DNA from: Bryobacteraceae bacterium
Lineage (GTDB): Bacteria; Acidobacteriota; Terriglobia; Bryobacterales; Bryobacteraceae
Direction: 5' to 3'
Assembly: GCA_963770345.1 (NCBI GenBank)
Contig: CAVYPH010000013.1
Span: forward strand, 140,280-204,279
DNA length: 64,000 nt
Shown: piece by piece, positions 48,610 through 58,249 of the stretch
How the letters are laid out: each line of letters begins with the position of its first letter
How positions within the stretch are numbered: the first letter of the stretch is position 1
Translations under genes and position numbers: made by a program
The notes under the pieces: generated by a model
Seen by the model: the letters and a program-made list of their open reading frames with translations, nothing else
Database searches by the model: none
What the model was told of the DNA's origin: nothing

Positions 48610-49389
48610 TTACAGGATTCTCCAGTCGTGCCAAATGCCCATCGCGCAAAGGCGAACGTAAACGTCCGAAAAGCCGACCGAGAAGAGGCTCAGCCAGGCG
48701 AACATCATGTGCCGCGTGTTCAGGCAAGTAACACAATCGTAAGTTTTCTTACGAACCGGCGCCTTAGACATTTGGTTGAGCAACCCGCCCACCAGATGGC
48801 GAAGCGAATGGCACCCGAGCGTGTAACAACTCAGCAACACAACGTTAACCGCCAGGACAATTGTTCCGGCGCCGATACCGAACTGCCCGTCAAACCACAA
48901 CGCCTTCCAGACGTCGTGCGCCAGCAAAACGATGAAAATCAACGCCAGGTAGAGGAAGTAGCGGTGCACGTTCTGGAAAATGAGGGGGAACGACCGTTCG
49001 CCCCAATACGATTTCCGCGGTTCACCCACCGCGCACGACGGCGGATCACCCCAGAAAGCCTTGTAATAAGCGCCCCGGTAGTAATAACAGGTGAAACGAA
49101 AACCGCCCGGCGCCCACAGAATGAGCATAGCCGCGGAAACAAAAGCGGGGAGCCACGCCGGTCTGGAGCCGAACCAGGAATGCGGTGAATCTCCGAACAA
49201 CAATGGTGAATAGAAAGGAGATAAGTAAGGCCCGAACTCATAGTAGGCATTCTGGAAAGCGGCCCAGGTCGAGTAAACGATGAAAGTGCCCAAGCCCAGG
49301 AAAACAACCAGCGGTTGAACCCACCAGTTGTCCCGGCGCGAGGTCTGGCCAAACTTCCCCCGGACGAGCGGAACGTCCACTGACGACAT
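48610..49389 (-). CDS. sdhC: Succinate dehydrogenase cytochrome b subunit (single-subunit b558 type)
   Basis: GAAGGAG lies 8 nt upstream of ATG 49389. Five TM helices with conserved His (e.g. HRYFLYLAL, CHSLRHLVGG). Directly upstream of sdhA. Confidence 0.75.
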   Translation of the reverse strand: MSSVDVPLVRGKFGQTSRRDNWWVQPLVVFLGLGTFIVYSTWAAFQNAYYEFGPYLSPFYSPLLFGDSPHSWFGSRPAWLPAFVSAAMLILWAPGGFRFTCYYYRGAYYKAFWGDPPSCAVGEPRKSYWGERSFPLIFQNVHRYFLYLALIFIVLLAHDVWKALWFDGQFGIGAGTIVLAVNVVLLSCYTLGCHSLRHLVGGLLNQMSKAPVRKKTYDCVTCLNTRHMMFAWLSLFSVGFSDVYVRLCAMGIWHDWRIL

Positions 49390-49640
49390 TGATCTTGCTC
49401 CTTCTATCCCATTGTCAGCCTTCGGCGAGGCCAACCGGAACTAGCCAAGGTATCGAATCGTGCGATGCGTCGTCAAGAGATTGACGGAGATTGGACATGA
49501 GTCGAAAAAAATACACAGCTTCGTGTCCAAAACTACCAGACGCAACATAGTACTGATGCGCGTTTTAAATAAGTTATGAAGGGCACCAAAATTGCATCTA
49601 ACATGATAGGCGTAGCTGTATTCACCGCCCGGAGAAACTC

Positions 49641-51290
49641 GTGACCACGACCGCCAGTCCTTACTTTATCTGGGATGCGAAAGATAAGGGGGTGTCCATT
49701 CTGTTGGATCTCGACCTTGTCACCCATTTGGACCGCGCCGTGGTGGAAGCTTTCTTCCGCTCCCGGCAGGAGGTGGAAGGGCTTCTGCTGGGCCATGTGG
49801 AGCAAACCCCAGGCCGTGGGACGACGGTTTTCATCGATGCTTTCGAACTGCAGGAACGCGGAGCTCTGCGTTTGCGCGCGGCGACTCATCCCGACGTGGT
49901 AGGCGGCTTCCGGAGCACGGGTGGGAAGGAAGTTCTGACCGAAGCCGATCGCGAGATTATTCGTGGATGTTCGCCCGAATCGACTTTTGTTTTTCTACAG
50001 ATACGGCCGTCCTACACCGCTTTGACCATGGCGAACTTCTTCGTGCTGGAAAAAGGGTCTGTGGTCGCGCACGACCGGGCGCTGGGATTTCCGCTGTCCC
50101 GCGAACATCTCGAATTCGGCAATTATCAGCACGCGGCCCCTGTTACAACGCGCCGTCAGGCCCCCCAGTGGCTGTGGATTCCCGGCGTGCTGCTGGGTGC
50201 GATCATCTTTTCGGTAGTTTCCCAACGCATGTCGCTTGACTCGCCCGTCTCCCCTTCGGCTGAAACGAGCCAGCCGGCGGCAGCATTGCAACTAAAGGCT
50301 GAGAGAACAAATGGGCGGCAGTTCCGGATCACCTGGGATGGTAACAATCCGGCAATTGCCGGCGCCGAGCGCGGCGTTCTCTGCATTACAGACGGTGGTG
50401 CGGAACAACGAATCGATCTGAACCGCCGTCAGCTTGCCAACGCGAATGCGATGTACACTTCCACGGGCGGCGGCAATCTGATGGTGCGCCTGGACGTCTT
50501 TGACGTGGCAAACGTGGTAAGCGAATCGTTCCGGTTTGCGCCGCCGTCGGCCAATCCGCCCCCAATTACCGAGCCGATTCCGGTCATCAACAACGCTCCA
50601 CAGACGGTTCCCGCCAAAGTGAATGCCGGCCTACCGGCTCAATCGAAACCTTCGCCAATGAAAGCGTCCGCGCCCCCGAAGACGGAGGCGCCACAGACCG
50701 TGGTAGTTGCGTCCGCGCCGGAACCGCCCCCGCAGCCGTCGGCAAACCCGCCAGTAGCGGTCAATCCTGCCCCTGCGCTGTCCTCGCCAAAGCCGCACGA
50801 AGTGGCCGCGCTCCCAACGCTGCCTCCGCCGGTTGCCACGCCGGCGGCGACGGTGACTTTAGAGGAGGCGGGTGAGAATCGCCTCAAGAAAGCGATCCAC
50901 GTGATCCCGGGCTTCCGCAAGCTGGACAAGCGCCATGACGGCGATTACGTTGCGCCCGTGGCGGTGCAGCAGACCATGCCGAGTGTTCCCGCCGCCGTCC
51001 GCCGCGGGCTCGCGAATGATGCCGTTGTTCCGGTGAGAGTTTCGGTTGGTAGCGACGGCTATGTTTCGCGCGTAGAGCTCATGAACAACGACGTGGATGA
51101 TAGCAGGCTTACTGAGGCGGCCCTCAACGCAGCGAGGCAGTGGCGATTTCACCCCGCGACGGTAGATGACAAACCGGCCGCCAGCAAGATAATTTTGCGA
51201 TTTCGCTTTCACGTCCTTCCCGCCGTAAGTAAGGAGGGACCAAAAATTGCCGACCGTTTCCCCGTAAGCGATTCACAAATAGGGCGATAA
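49641..51290 (+). CDS. Hypothetical membrane protein with Pro-rich linker and TonB-C-like C-terminal domain
   Basis: GTG start. TM helix WLWIPGVLLGAIIFSVV, then a P/A-rich region. The C-terminal VAPVAVQQTMPSVPAAVRR..VPVRVSVGSDGYVSRVELM..AALNAARQWRFHPA is TonB-C-like. Confidence 0.55.
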   Translation: MTTTASPYFIWDAKDKGVSILLDLDLVTHLDRAVVEAFFRSRQEVEGLLLGHVEQTPGRGTTVFIDAFELQERGALRLRAATHPDVVGGFRSTGGKEVLTEADREIIRGCSPESTFVFLQIRPSYTALTMANFFVLEKGSVVAHDRALGFPLSREHLEFGNYQHAAPVTTRRQAPQWLWIPGVLLGAIIFSVVSQRMSLDSPVSPSAETSQPAAALQLKAERTNGRQFRITWDGNNPAIAGAERGVLCITDGGAEQRIDLNRRQLANANAMYTSTGGGNLMVRLDVFDVANVVSESFRFAPPSANPPPITEPIPVINNAPQTVPAKVNAGLPAQSKPSPMKASAPPKTEAPQTVVVASAPEPPPQPSANPPVAVNPAPALSSPKPHEVAALPTLPPPVATPAATVTLEEAGENRLKKAIHVIPGFRKLDKRHDGDYVAPVAVQQTMPSVPAAVRRGLANDAVVPVRVSVGSDGYVSRVELMNNDVDDSRLTEAALNAARQWRFHPATVDDKPAASKIILRFRFHVLPAVSKEGPKIADRFPVSDSQIGR

Positions 51291-51310
51291 TCTCACAGGA
51301 GCTATCCATC

Positions 51311-51820
51311 ATGACTGATCCATCCAAGTTGATCACGGTCTTTCGGTCGGCCGAGCCAGACGCCGCCGAAGAAGTCGAAGAGATTGAGGCGTTACTTGAG
51401 GGCGAAGGCTTACATCCCGTGGTTGTGAACGGTGACAGTCCCGGCGTGGTGGCGGGAAGCTTTGAAGTCCAGGTTCCGGCGGAAGAATCCGCCCGTGCAG
51501 ACCAGGCAATAGCCGCCGCGCCCACGCTGGAAGACCCAGAGCCGGGTGATCCGACTCATGATCTCGACTTGGTCACAGTCGCGCGAACCGACGGCACCAC
51601 CGGCGAGATGGAAGCGACGGCCATCAAGAGCATCCTCCAATCGAACGGAATCAGTTCGTTCGTGGTTGGGGCGGCCAGCATCCCGACCCTCGGTTTTGAA
51701 GTGCGGGTTGCTCATGAAGATGTTCCGTTGGCGGAAGCGGCCATCGCCGCAGCCAAGGCGGCAGGCCCTGAAGGTGCGCTCGAAGCGGAACAGGACGGCG
51801 AGGCCGCTTCGACGAACTGA
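51311..51820 (+). CDS. DUF2007-like (putative signal-transducing) protein, two repeats
   Basis: LITVFRSAEPDAAEEVEEIEALLEGEGLHPVV and a second unit, LVTVARTDGTTGEMEATAIKSILQSNGISSFV. Confidence 0.55.
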   Translation: MTDPSKLITVFRSAEPDAAEEVEEIEALLEGEGLHPVVVNGDSPGVVAGSFEVQVPAEESARADQAIAAAPTLEDPEPGDPTHDLDLVTVARTDGTTGEMEATAIKSILQSNGISSFVVGAASIPTLGFEVRVAHEDVPLAEAAIAAAKAAGPEGALEAEQDGEAASTN

Positions 51821-51862
51821 GCGCCGGCCGCGTTTGAGCTGCTGGTAATATCAAAACATCTC

Positions 51863-53047
51863 TTGCCGCTCACACGCCGCTCGCCACTCATCCCAATTTT
51901 TTTAATCGTCGCGGTAGATATCCTAGGGCTCACCATCATCTTGCCCCTGCTGCCGTTCTATGCGGAAAAAATGGGAGCCAGCGCAACCGAGGTGGGTCTG
52001 CTGGTTTCGGTTTACGCATTGTGCCAGCTCTTTTCAGGTCCCCTACTGGGAAGGCTTTCCGACCGCACTGGCCGCAAGCCGCTCCTGCTGCTTAGTCAGC
52101 TAGGCACGTTCATTGGATTTCTGGTTTTGGCCTACGCGCCGTCGCTGTGGGTGGTTTTCCTTTCTCGAATCATCGATGGCTCGACGGCTGGGAATATTTC
52201 ACTCGCGCAGGCGTATATTTCCGATGTCACCGAGCCGGAGAAGCGCACCGGCGCCTTCGCTCTCATCGGCATCGCCTTCGGACTCGGGTTCCTGATCGGG
52301 CCGGCGATTTCCGGATTCCTGGCGCAGTACAGCTATCAATACCCCATCTTCGCCGCCGCCGCACTGTCGGCCACAAGCATCCTGGCGACGGCCACCCTAT
52401 TGCCGTCGACGACACCCGCGGCCGCCTCCGATGGCCGCAAGCTCTCGGTGCTCGACTGGGGAGCCTACGTGAAGTTCTTCCAGCGGCCCCAACTGGGACC
52501 ACTGCTCTGGCAATTCGCCGCTTTCATGATGGCTTTCTCGTTCTTCATCTCCGGATTCGCACTTTTTGCCGAAAGGCGATATTCATTTGGGCCGAAGCAA
52601 GTGGGATACGTGTACGGTTACGTCGGATTCCTCGGCGTTATTCTCCAGGGAGGATTGATCGGTCGCTTGTCCCGGCGATTCGGCGATTTGGCGCTGGTCA
52701 AGTGGGGATTCCTGCTCGCGGCAATTGGCTACGCGGCCCTGGCGTTCACGTTCAGAATTCCCGCATTGCTTGTCGTGAGTGCAGTCTCGTCCATGGGATC
52801 GGGAGCGCTGCGGCCCGCCCTCACCAGCCTGATCACGCAACGGACAAAGCGAACGGAGCAAGGAACAGTGCTCGGCCTCACGCAGTCGCTGAATTCAGTG
52901 GCATCGATCATCGCGCCCGCCATAGCGGGAATGCTGATCAACGTTCAACTGCTCTCAACGTGGGCATTCGTAATGGCGGGATTCTGCGCCGCCGGCCTGT
53001 TCCTGCAAACGCAGGCAGCAGCCGGCGGCACAGAGAATCCGAATTAG
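51863..53047 (+). CDS. MFS transporter (Tet/TCR-like, 12 TM)
   Basis: TTG start. LIPIFLIVAVDILGLTIILPLLPFYA and GPLLGRLSDRTGRKPLL (MFS motif A). Confidence 0.8.
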   Translation: MPLTRRSPLIPIFLIVAVDILGLTIILPLLPFYAEKMGASATEVGLLVSVYALCQLFSGPLLGRLSDRTGRKPLLLLSQLGTFIGFLVLAYAPSLWVVFLSRIIDGSTAGNISLAQAYISDVTEPEKRTGAFALIGIAFGLGFLIGPAISGFLAQYSYQYPIFAAAALSATSILATATLLPSTTPAAASDGRKLSVLDWGAYVKFFQRPQLGPLLWQFAAFMMAFSFFISGFALFAERRYSFGPKQVGYVYGYVGFLGVILQGGLIGRLSRRFGDLALVKWGFLLAAIGYAALAFTFRIPALLVVSAVSSMGSGALRPALTSLITQRTKRTEQGTVLGLTQSLNSVASIIAPAIAGMLINVQLLSTWAFVMAGFCAAGLFLQTQAAAGGTENPN

Positions 53048-53049
53048 TA

Positions 53050-53415
53050 TCAACGCCAGCCTGTCCGTCCGTAGGTGCGAAAGTCACGAAGCATATCGAT
53101 ATCGCGTCTGAAAATCTCACGATCCTCCGGGCGCAATTCGCGGGAATGCGAAAGGCGGCTCAACATGTCGATGGCTCGATCGATGTGAGCCGTATCGAAT
53201 TCGTGTTCGTAGTGAACGTCCCGCTCAAAGCGCACCAGTTCATCCTGTGCACGCGCAAACTCCCTACGCTTCTCTACATCCACAAAGGAGCGGTCGGAGA
53301 TGTGGCGAAGATCTTCCAGTGTCCTATGCACGGGAGACTCGCGGCGTGGCTGAGCAGACACCGCCATAACGGCCAGGAGTCCCAAAAATATGGTTGTAAG
53401 TAAATATCGCATCAA
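53050..53415 (-). CDS. Small secreted hypothetical protein
   Basis: Signal MMRYLLTTIFLGLLAVMAVSAQ followed by a charged helical body. Confidence 0.45.
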   Translation of the reverse strand: MMRYLLTTIFLGLLAVMAVSAQPRRESPVHRTLEDLRHISDRSFVDVEKRREFARAQDELVRFERDVHYEHEFDTAHIDRAIDMLSRLSHSRELRPEDREIFRRDIDMLRDFRTYGRTGWR

Positions 53416-53504
53416 AATTTCTTCCTCCGTTCTATCGACGCGCCTCCTTTAGAAATTGCTTCTTTGCGAAAGATTTTTAATCGACGGTAATAGAATGGAC
53501 TCTC

Positions 53505-54867
53505 ATGGAGAGCATCAAGTATTTATTGACCTGAGGACCGGATTCCACGGGCTTGGTACAACATCGTTCCAGACCTGCCGAAGCCCCCGGCGCCTGTGTT
53601 GCATCCGGGCACGCACCAGCCCGTAGGGCCTGACGATCTCTCGCCGCTGTTTCCCATGAGCCTCATCATGCAAGAGGTGAGCACCGAACCGGAAATCGAA
53701 ATTCCGGATGAAGTGCGGCAGGTGTACGCGCAGTGGCGGCCGTCGCCTCTTTATCGCGCGCGGCGGCTGGAGAAGATGCTCGATACACCGGCGCGGATCT
53801 ACTACAAGTACGAAGGTGTGAGCCCGGCCGGCTCGCATAAACCGAACACCGCAGTCCCACAGGCGTACTACAACAAGAAGGAAGGGATCAAGCGGCTGGC
53901 GACTGAGACAGGCGCCGGACAATGGGGATCGTCCCTGGCCATGGCCTGCGCGTTCTTTGGTATCGAGTGCAAAGTGTATATGGTGCGCGTCAGCTACGAC
54001 CAGAAGCCGTATCGCCGCGCCTTGATGGAAGCGTTTGGCGCTTCTGTGACGGCCAGTCCGAGCCGCGAGACGGAATCGGGCAAAGCGATTCTCGCGCAGC
54101 ATCCGGATTCAACGGGCTCGCTCGGCATCGCCATTTCGGAAGCGGTGGAGGTTGCGGCCAAGGATTCCGGCACGCACTACGCGCTCGGCAGCGTTCTGAA
54201 TCACGTGTTGCTGCATCAGACGGTGGTGGGACTGGAATGCCTGGAACAGATGCAGATGGCAGGCGACTATCCCGACGTCATCGTCGGTTGCACCGGCGGA
54301 GGTTCCAACTTCGCTGGCCTCGCGTTTCCGTTCGTGGGAAGAAATCTCAAGGGAAAAGCAAAATCGCGCGTGGTTGCTGTGGAGCCGGCGGCGTGTCCCA
54401 GCCTCACCAGGGGCAGATTCGCGTACGATTTCGGCGATACCGGCCATCTCACGCCGTTGGTGAAGATGCACACGCTCGGCAGCGCTTTCGTACCGCCGGG
54501 AATTCACGCCGGCGGACTGCGTTATCACGGCATGGCGCCGCTTGTTTCGCACCTGCTCGATCTCGGAGCAATTGAGGCCACCGCCGTTCAGCAGCTCGAT
54601 GCGTTCGCCGCAGGAGTGCAGTTCGCCCGAGCGGAAGGCATCATCCCCGCGCCCGAAGCAAATCACGCTGTCGCCGGAGCCATCGGCGAAGCCCTGCGCT
54701 GCAAGCAGGAAGGCGTTTCCCGAACCATACTCTTTAATCTATGTGGACACGGCCACTTCGACATGCAGTCCTACATCGATTACCACGCCGGGAAACTTCA
54801 AAACTACGACTATCCGGCCGAAGAGATCGGGATGGCTCTAGCGGGCCTGCCTGTCGTCGCCGCGTAA
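53505..54867 (+). CDS. TrpB-like PLP-dependent enzyme (tryptophan synthase beta, TrpB2 type); apparent 1-nt insertion near 53532
   Basis: ATG 53505 gives MESIKYLLT, then TGA. Removing t53532 gives [36 protein letters not shown]..., the usual TrpB2 N-terminus. The uninterrupted ORF 53596-54867 contains [18 protein letters not shown] (PLP Lys) and [11 protein letters not shown]. Confidence 0.8.
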
Positions 54868-54961
54868 TCGACTAGCACCTCGTGCACATTCTGTGGAAGT
54901 GTTCTAAATTTAGGTTGTGGGTGTTGATGCCCATTGAGTCGATTGGGACGGAGTGAGAAGA

Positions 54962-55243
54962 ATGGATGAGGAACTGAAGAAGTACCTTACGGCGATGGAA
55001 GAACGTCTCACGACTGGCATGGACCAGCGGATCGAGGCTTCCGAGCAAAGGCTTGTCGAAAAAATGCGGGACATGCAGTCGGAGCTGCTTCGCGGTTTCC
55101 GCGCGTTCTCGGGAGCCCCGGTGATCCGGTTGCGAAAATTGGAAGCGGATCAATCGAACTTGGATGCCTCTTTGTCTGACCGTCTCGAGGTCGTCGAAAC
55201 CGGGCTATTGGAAATCACAGAACGGCTCGTCCGAGCGAGGTGA
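54962..55243 (+). CDS. Small coiled-coil hypothetical protein
   Basis: GGAG lies 10 nt upstream of ATG 54962. MDEELKKYLTAMEERLTTGMDQRIEASEQRLVEKMRDMQSELL... is heptad-like. Confidence 0.45.
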   Translation: MDEELKKYLTAMEERLTTGMDQRIEASEQRLVEKMRDMQSELLRGFRAFSGAPVIRLRKLEADQSNLDASLSDRLEVVETGLLEITERLVRAR

Positions 55244-55408
55244 ATTCTTTACGCCTTTGCACCGCCTCCCACGCCGCACATCGACTCCAGTACCCGCGTC
55301 GTTGCCGTGTAATGCACTAAATCTATTGGCATTCTCCCCCCATTCACCAGCAAAGATAAACTAGAGCCTGCAGTAGATCGGCTTTAGGCCCGATTTCCTT
55401 CTGGTGAG

Positions 55409-58249
55409 ATGACTAATCGGATCGGCAGATACGAGGTTCAAGCGGAGCTGGGCCGCGGCGGTTTCGGCCGGGTCTTTCGCGCCTTTGATCCTACTGTCGG
55501 CCGTCTCGTCGCAATCAAAACCCTGACGGCCTCCGGTGAGCAGGATATGCTCACGCGTTTTCGGAATGAGGCTGCCGCGGCGGGAAGATTACGTCATCAG
55601 AACATCGTCATCATCTACGACTTCGGTGAACACGAAGGAGCGCCATTCCTGGTGATGGAGCTGCTCGATGGAGAGGACATCGAGCGCATCATCACCAACA
55701 ATCGCCCTCTGACTCTCCTGAAAAAGCTCGACATCATGATGCAGTCCGCGGCAGGACTGCACCACGCCCACTCCAAGGGCATCGTCCACCGGGATGTAAA
55801 ACCGGCCAACATCATGCTGCTGTCCGACGGCTCTGTGAAGATCATGGACTTCGGCATCGCGCTGCTGACACAGGCCACCGCCGACCGCATCACGCCGCAG
55901 GGATCAATGCTCGGAACCCTGCCGTACATGGCTCCCGAACAGTTTTTCGGTTCGCCTTCGAGCGCGATGACCGACATCTTCGCGTATGGCGTGACCTCCT
56001 ACAAGCTGCTCACGGGTGCGCATCCTTTTCATGCGGCCGAATTAGGTTCGATGATGCACAAGATCGCGAACCAACAGCCGCCGCTGCTCCGCACGGTTAT
56101 CCCGGAGTGCCCTGAAGCGCTCGAGCAGGTACTCAGCAAGCTATTGGCCAAAAGTCCCGAATCACGTTACCAAAGCCTCGAAGACGCCCAGTTCGATCTG
56201 GAGCCCGTCATCATCGATCTACGCCGCGAAAACGTGAGCGAGCTGCTCACCGAGTCGCGGAATCTGATTGCCGCGGATCAGTGGGAAACCGCCCAGATGG
56301 TGGTGCGGCAGGTAATTGAGATCGATCCGGGCAACCGCACCGCCAGGGAATTGCGGGAGGGGATACAACGGCAACTCAAGGACAGAGCCGTGCGGCCGCA
56401 GATCACCGCGCTGGTGAGCGCCGGCCGCGAGCAATTGGTCGTAAGACAATTCGACGACGCGATCCAAAAATTCGAGTCGGCGCTGCGCCTGGACAAATCG
56501 AATCCTGAATTGCATCGGCTGATCGAGGAGGCGAAGGCAGCCTCGGAACGGGCTCGGCGCGCCGACAAGCTGTTGGAAGAGGCCAGGCAGGCGCTTCACC
56601 GGGAGGATTTGACGGCGGCGCACGACAGCATCGCGGAGGCGCTATCCGCCGATCCGGACCACGCTCAAGCGGAAGCACTGCTAGGCAATGTCCGCGAACG
56701 GATGGAGTCGCGCCGGCGGGAACAGCGGCTGCGCGATAGTCTAAGTCAGCTCAAGGGCCTGATGTTGTTGCAGAGTTTTGACGAGGCCATCGAGGCTGCG
56801 ACCCGGATTCAACTGGAGTATCCGGAATCGGCCGAAGCCGGGAAGATTCTCGACAAGGCGCGGCGTGAACAGCAAGTGCAAGCGCGGCGGCAGCGGTTGC
56901 AGGCTGCTGTCGACGAAGCAAAAGAGCTGCTCAGAAACCGTCATTTTTCGCAGGCGGTCGCTAAGCTCTCCGAGTGGCAGGCGGAGTTTCCAGAGGCCGC
57001 CGAGTTGCGCGACCTGGCTTCCTACGCCGCTGAGGAATTGCAGGCGGAGAAGCAGGCGAAGGTAATCGCGCGAGCCACGGCGGAGACGCGAGCGCTGGTG
57101 GTCGCCGGCAACTTCGATACTGCGCTCGATCGTCTCAGAAGCGCCCTGCACGAATACCCCACTCTCAGCGCGCTGCGTGATTTGGTACAGAGTGTCGCTT
57201 CGGATAAGGCCGAGCACCAACGCAACACGGCCTTGAGCGAGGTACTCGAAAAAGGCGCTGCGCTGGTCAAGGGGGAACGGTTTTCGGAGGCGATCGAGGC
57301 AATTGGCGCGTTCGTGCGCGCCTATGGGGATAATACCGCTCTCGGTCCCTTGCGCAAACAGGCGGAAGAGGGACTCGAACACCAGAGACGAGCCGCCGCA
57401 GTCCGAAAACTCGTTCTCGACGCGCAAGCATTGCTCGACGAAGGCAGGCCCGGAACGGCCACGCAGGTATTGCAGCAGGGAACTGTCCAGTTCCCGGGGA
57501 ACACCGAACTGGCCAGGCTGCTGGGGGTGGCCGAGAACAACCTGCGCGAACAGCAGCAGGCTGAGGCGATTTCAAAGATCATCGCCGAAGCCGAAAGTTC
57601 GGCCAGGGCGAAGAGGTTCGATAACGCGCTCGAGCTCATTGACGAAGGTCAGCGGAAGTATCCCACGGCGGATCGTCTACGCCGTTGCCGTGAGGCAATC
57701 GTGGCAAGCCATGCCACCTTTGAGCGGGATCGCCTGCGCCGCGAAATGGTGGAGCGCGTCCGCCTTCTGCATTCGCAAGGCAAGGCGGCCGAAGCTCTGG
57801 AAGCGATCGAAACCGCCCTGGCAAACGGCGTCGAAGATCCCTCCCTGCTCGCCCTGAAGCAAAAAATCGACAAGGACCTCGTCGAGCGCAGGCGCTCGGA
57901 TGAGATGCGGCAGGCCATCAATCAGGCGCAAGCATTGCTCGATGGCGGCCAGATTCAGTCCGCCACCCAGCTCTTGCAGAATGCGACGCGTCTTTTTCCG
58001 TCTGAGGAGCAGTTCAAGATCCTGATGCAGCAGGCCGAGGAGCGCCTGCAGCAACAACAGCGCACCGAAGCTATCGCGAAGGCACTACAGGATGCCGAAG
58101 CGCGTACCAATGCGAATGATTTCGACCGCGCAATCCAGGTGCTCGATGAGGCCGTGCGACGGTACGGATCAGATGATGCCCTGGCGCGCGCCCGCGATGA
58201 CGCCCGCGCCGGGAAAACTGCCCAGGAACGTTCTCAAGGCAATTCTTGA
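55409..58249 (+). CDS. Ser/Thr protein kinase with long helical (TPR-like) repeat region; probably the N-terminal part of a frameshift-split gene
   Basis: GRGGFGRVFRA, VAIKTL, HRDVKPANIML, DFGIA and PYMAPE are present. About 650 aa of ~70-aa helical repeats follow. Confidence 0.85.
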   Translation: MTNRIGRYEVQAELGRGGFGRVFRAFDPTVGRLVAIKTLTASGEQDMLTRFRNEAAAAGRLRHQNIVIIYDFGEHEGAPFLVMELLDGEDIERIITNNRPLTLLKKLDIMMQSAAGLHHAHSKGIVHRDVKPANIMLLSDGSVKIMDFGIALLTQATADRITPQGSMLGTLPYMAPEQFFGSPSSAMTDIFAYGVTSYKLLTGAHPFHAAELGSMMHKIANQQPPLLRTVIPECPEALEQVLSKLLAKSPESRYQSLEDAQFDLEPVIIDLRRENVSELLTESRNLIAADQWETAQMVVRQVIEIDPGNRTARELREGIQRQLKDRAVRPQITALVSAGREQLVVRQFDDAIQKFESALRLDKSNPELHRLIEEAKAASERARRADKLLEEARQALHREDLTAAHDSIAEALSADPDHAQAEALLGNVRERMESRRREQRLRDSLSQLKGLMLLQSFDEAIEAATRIQLEYPESAEAGKILDKARREQQVQARRQRLQAAVDEAKELLRNRHFSQAVAKLSEWQAEFPEAAELRDLASYAAEELQAEKQAKVIARATAETRALVVAGNFDTALDRLRSALHEYPTLSALRDLVQSVASDKAEHQRNTALSEVLEKGAALVKGERFSEAIEAIGAFVRAYGDNTALGPLRKQAEEGLEHQRRAAAVRKLVLDAQALLDEGRPGTATQVLQQGTVQFPGNTELARLLGVAENNLREQQQAEAISKIIAEAESSARAKRFDNALELIDEGQRKYPTADRLRRCREAIVASHATFERDRLRREMVERVRLLHSQGKAAEALEAIETALANGVEDPSLLALKQKIDKDLVERRRSDEMRQAINQAQALLDGGQIQSATQLLQNATRLFPSEEQFKILMQQAEERLQQQQRTEAIAKALQDAEARTNANDFDRAIQVLDEAVRRYGSDDALARARDDARAGKTAQERSQGNS

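Noticed and set aside
58208-58216. G GGA AAA heptamer resembling a -1 slippery site near the kinase junction.
   Set aside because: It is in phase only with the downstream frame. The required shift from the kinase frame is +1, not -1, so it cannot mediate the junction.
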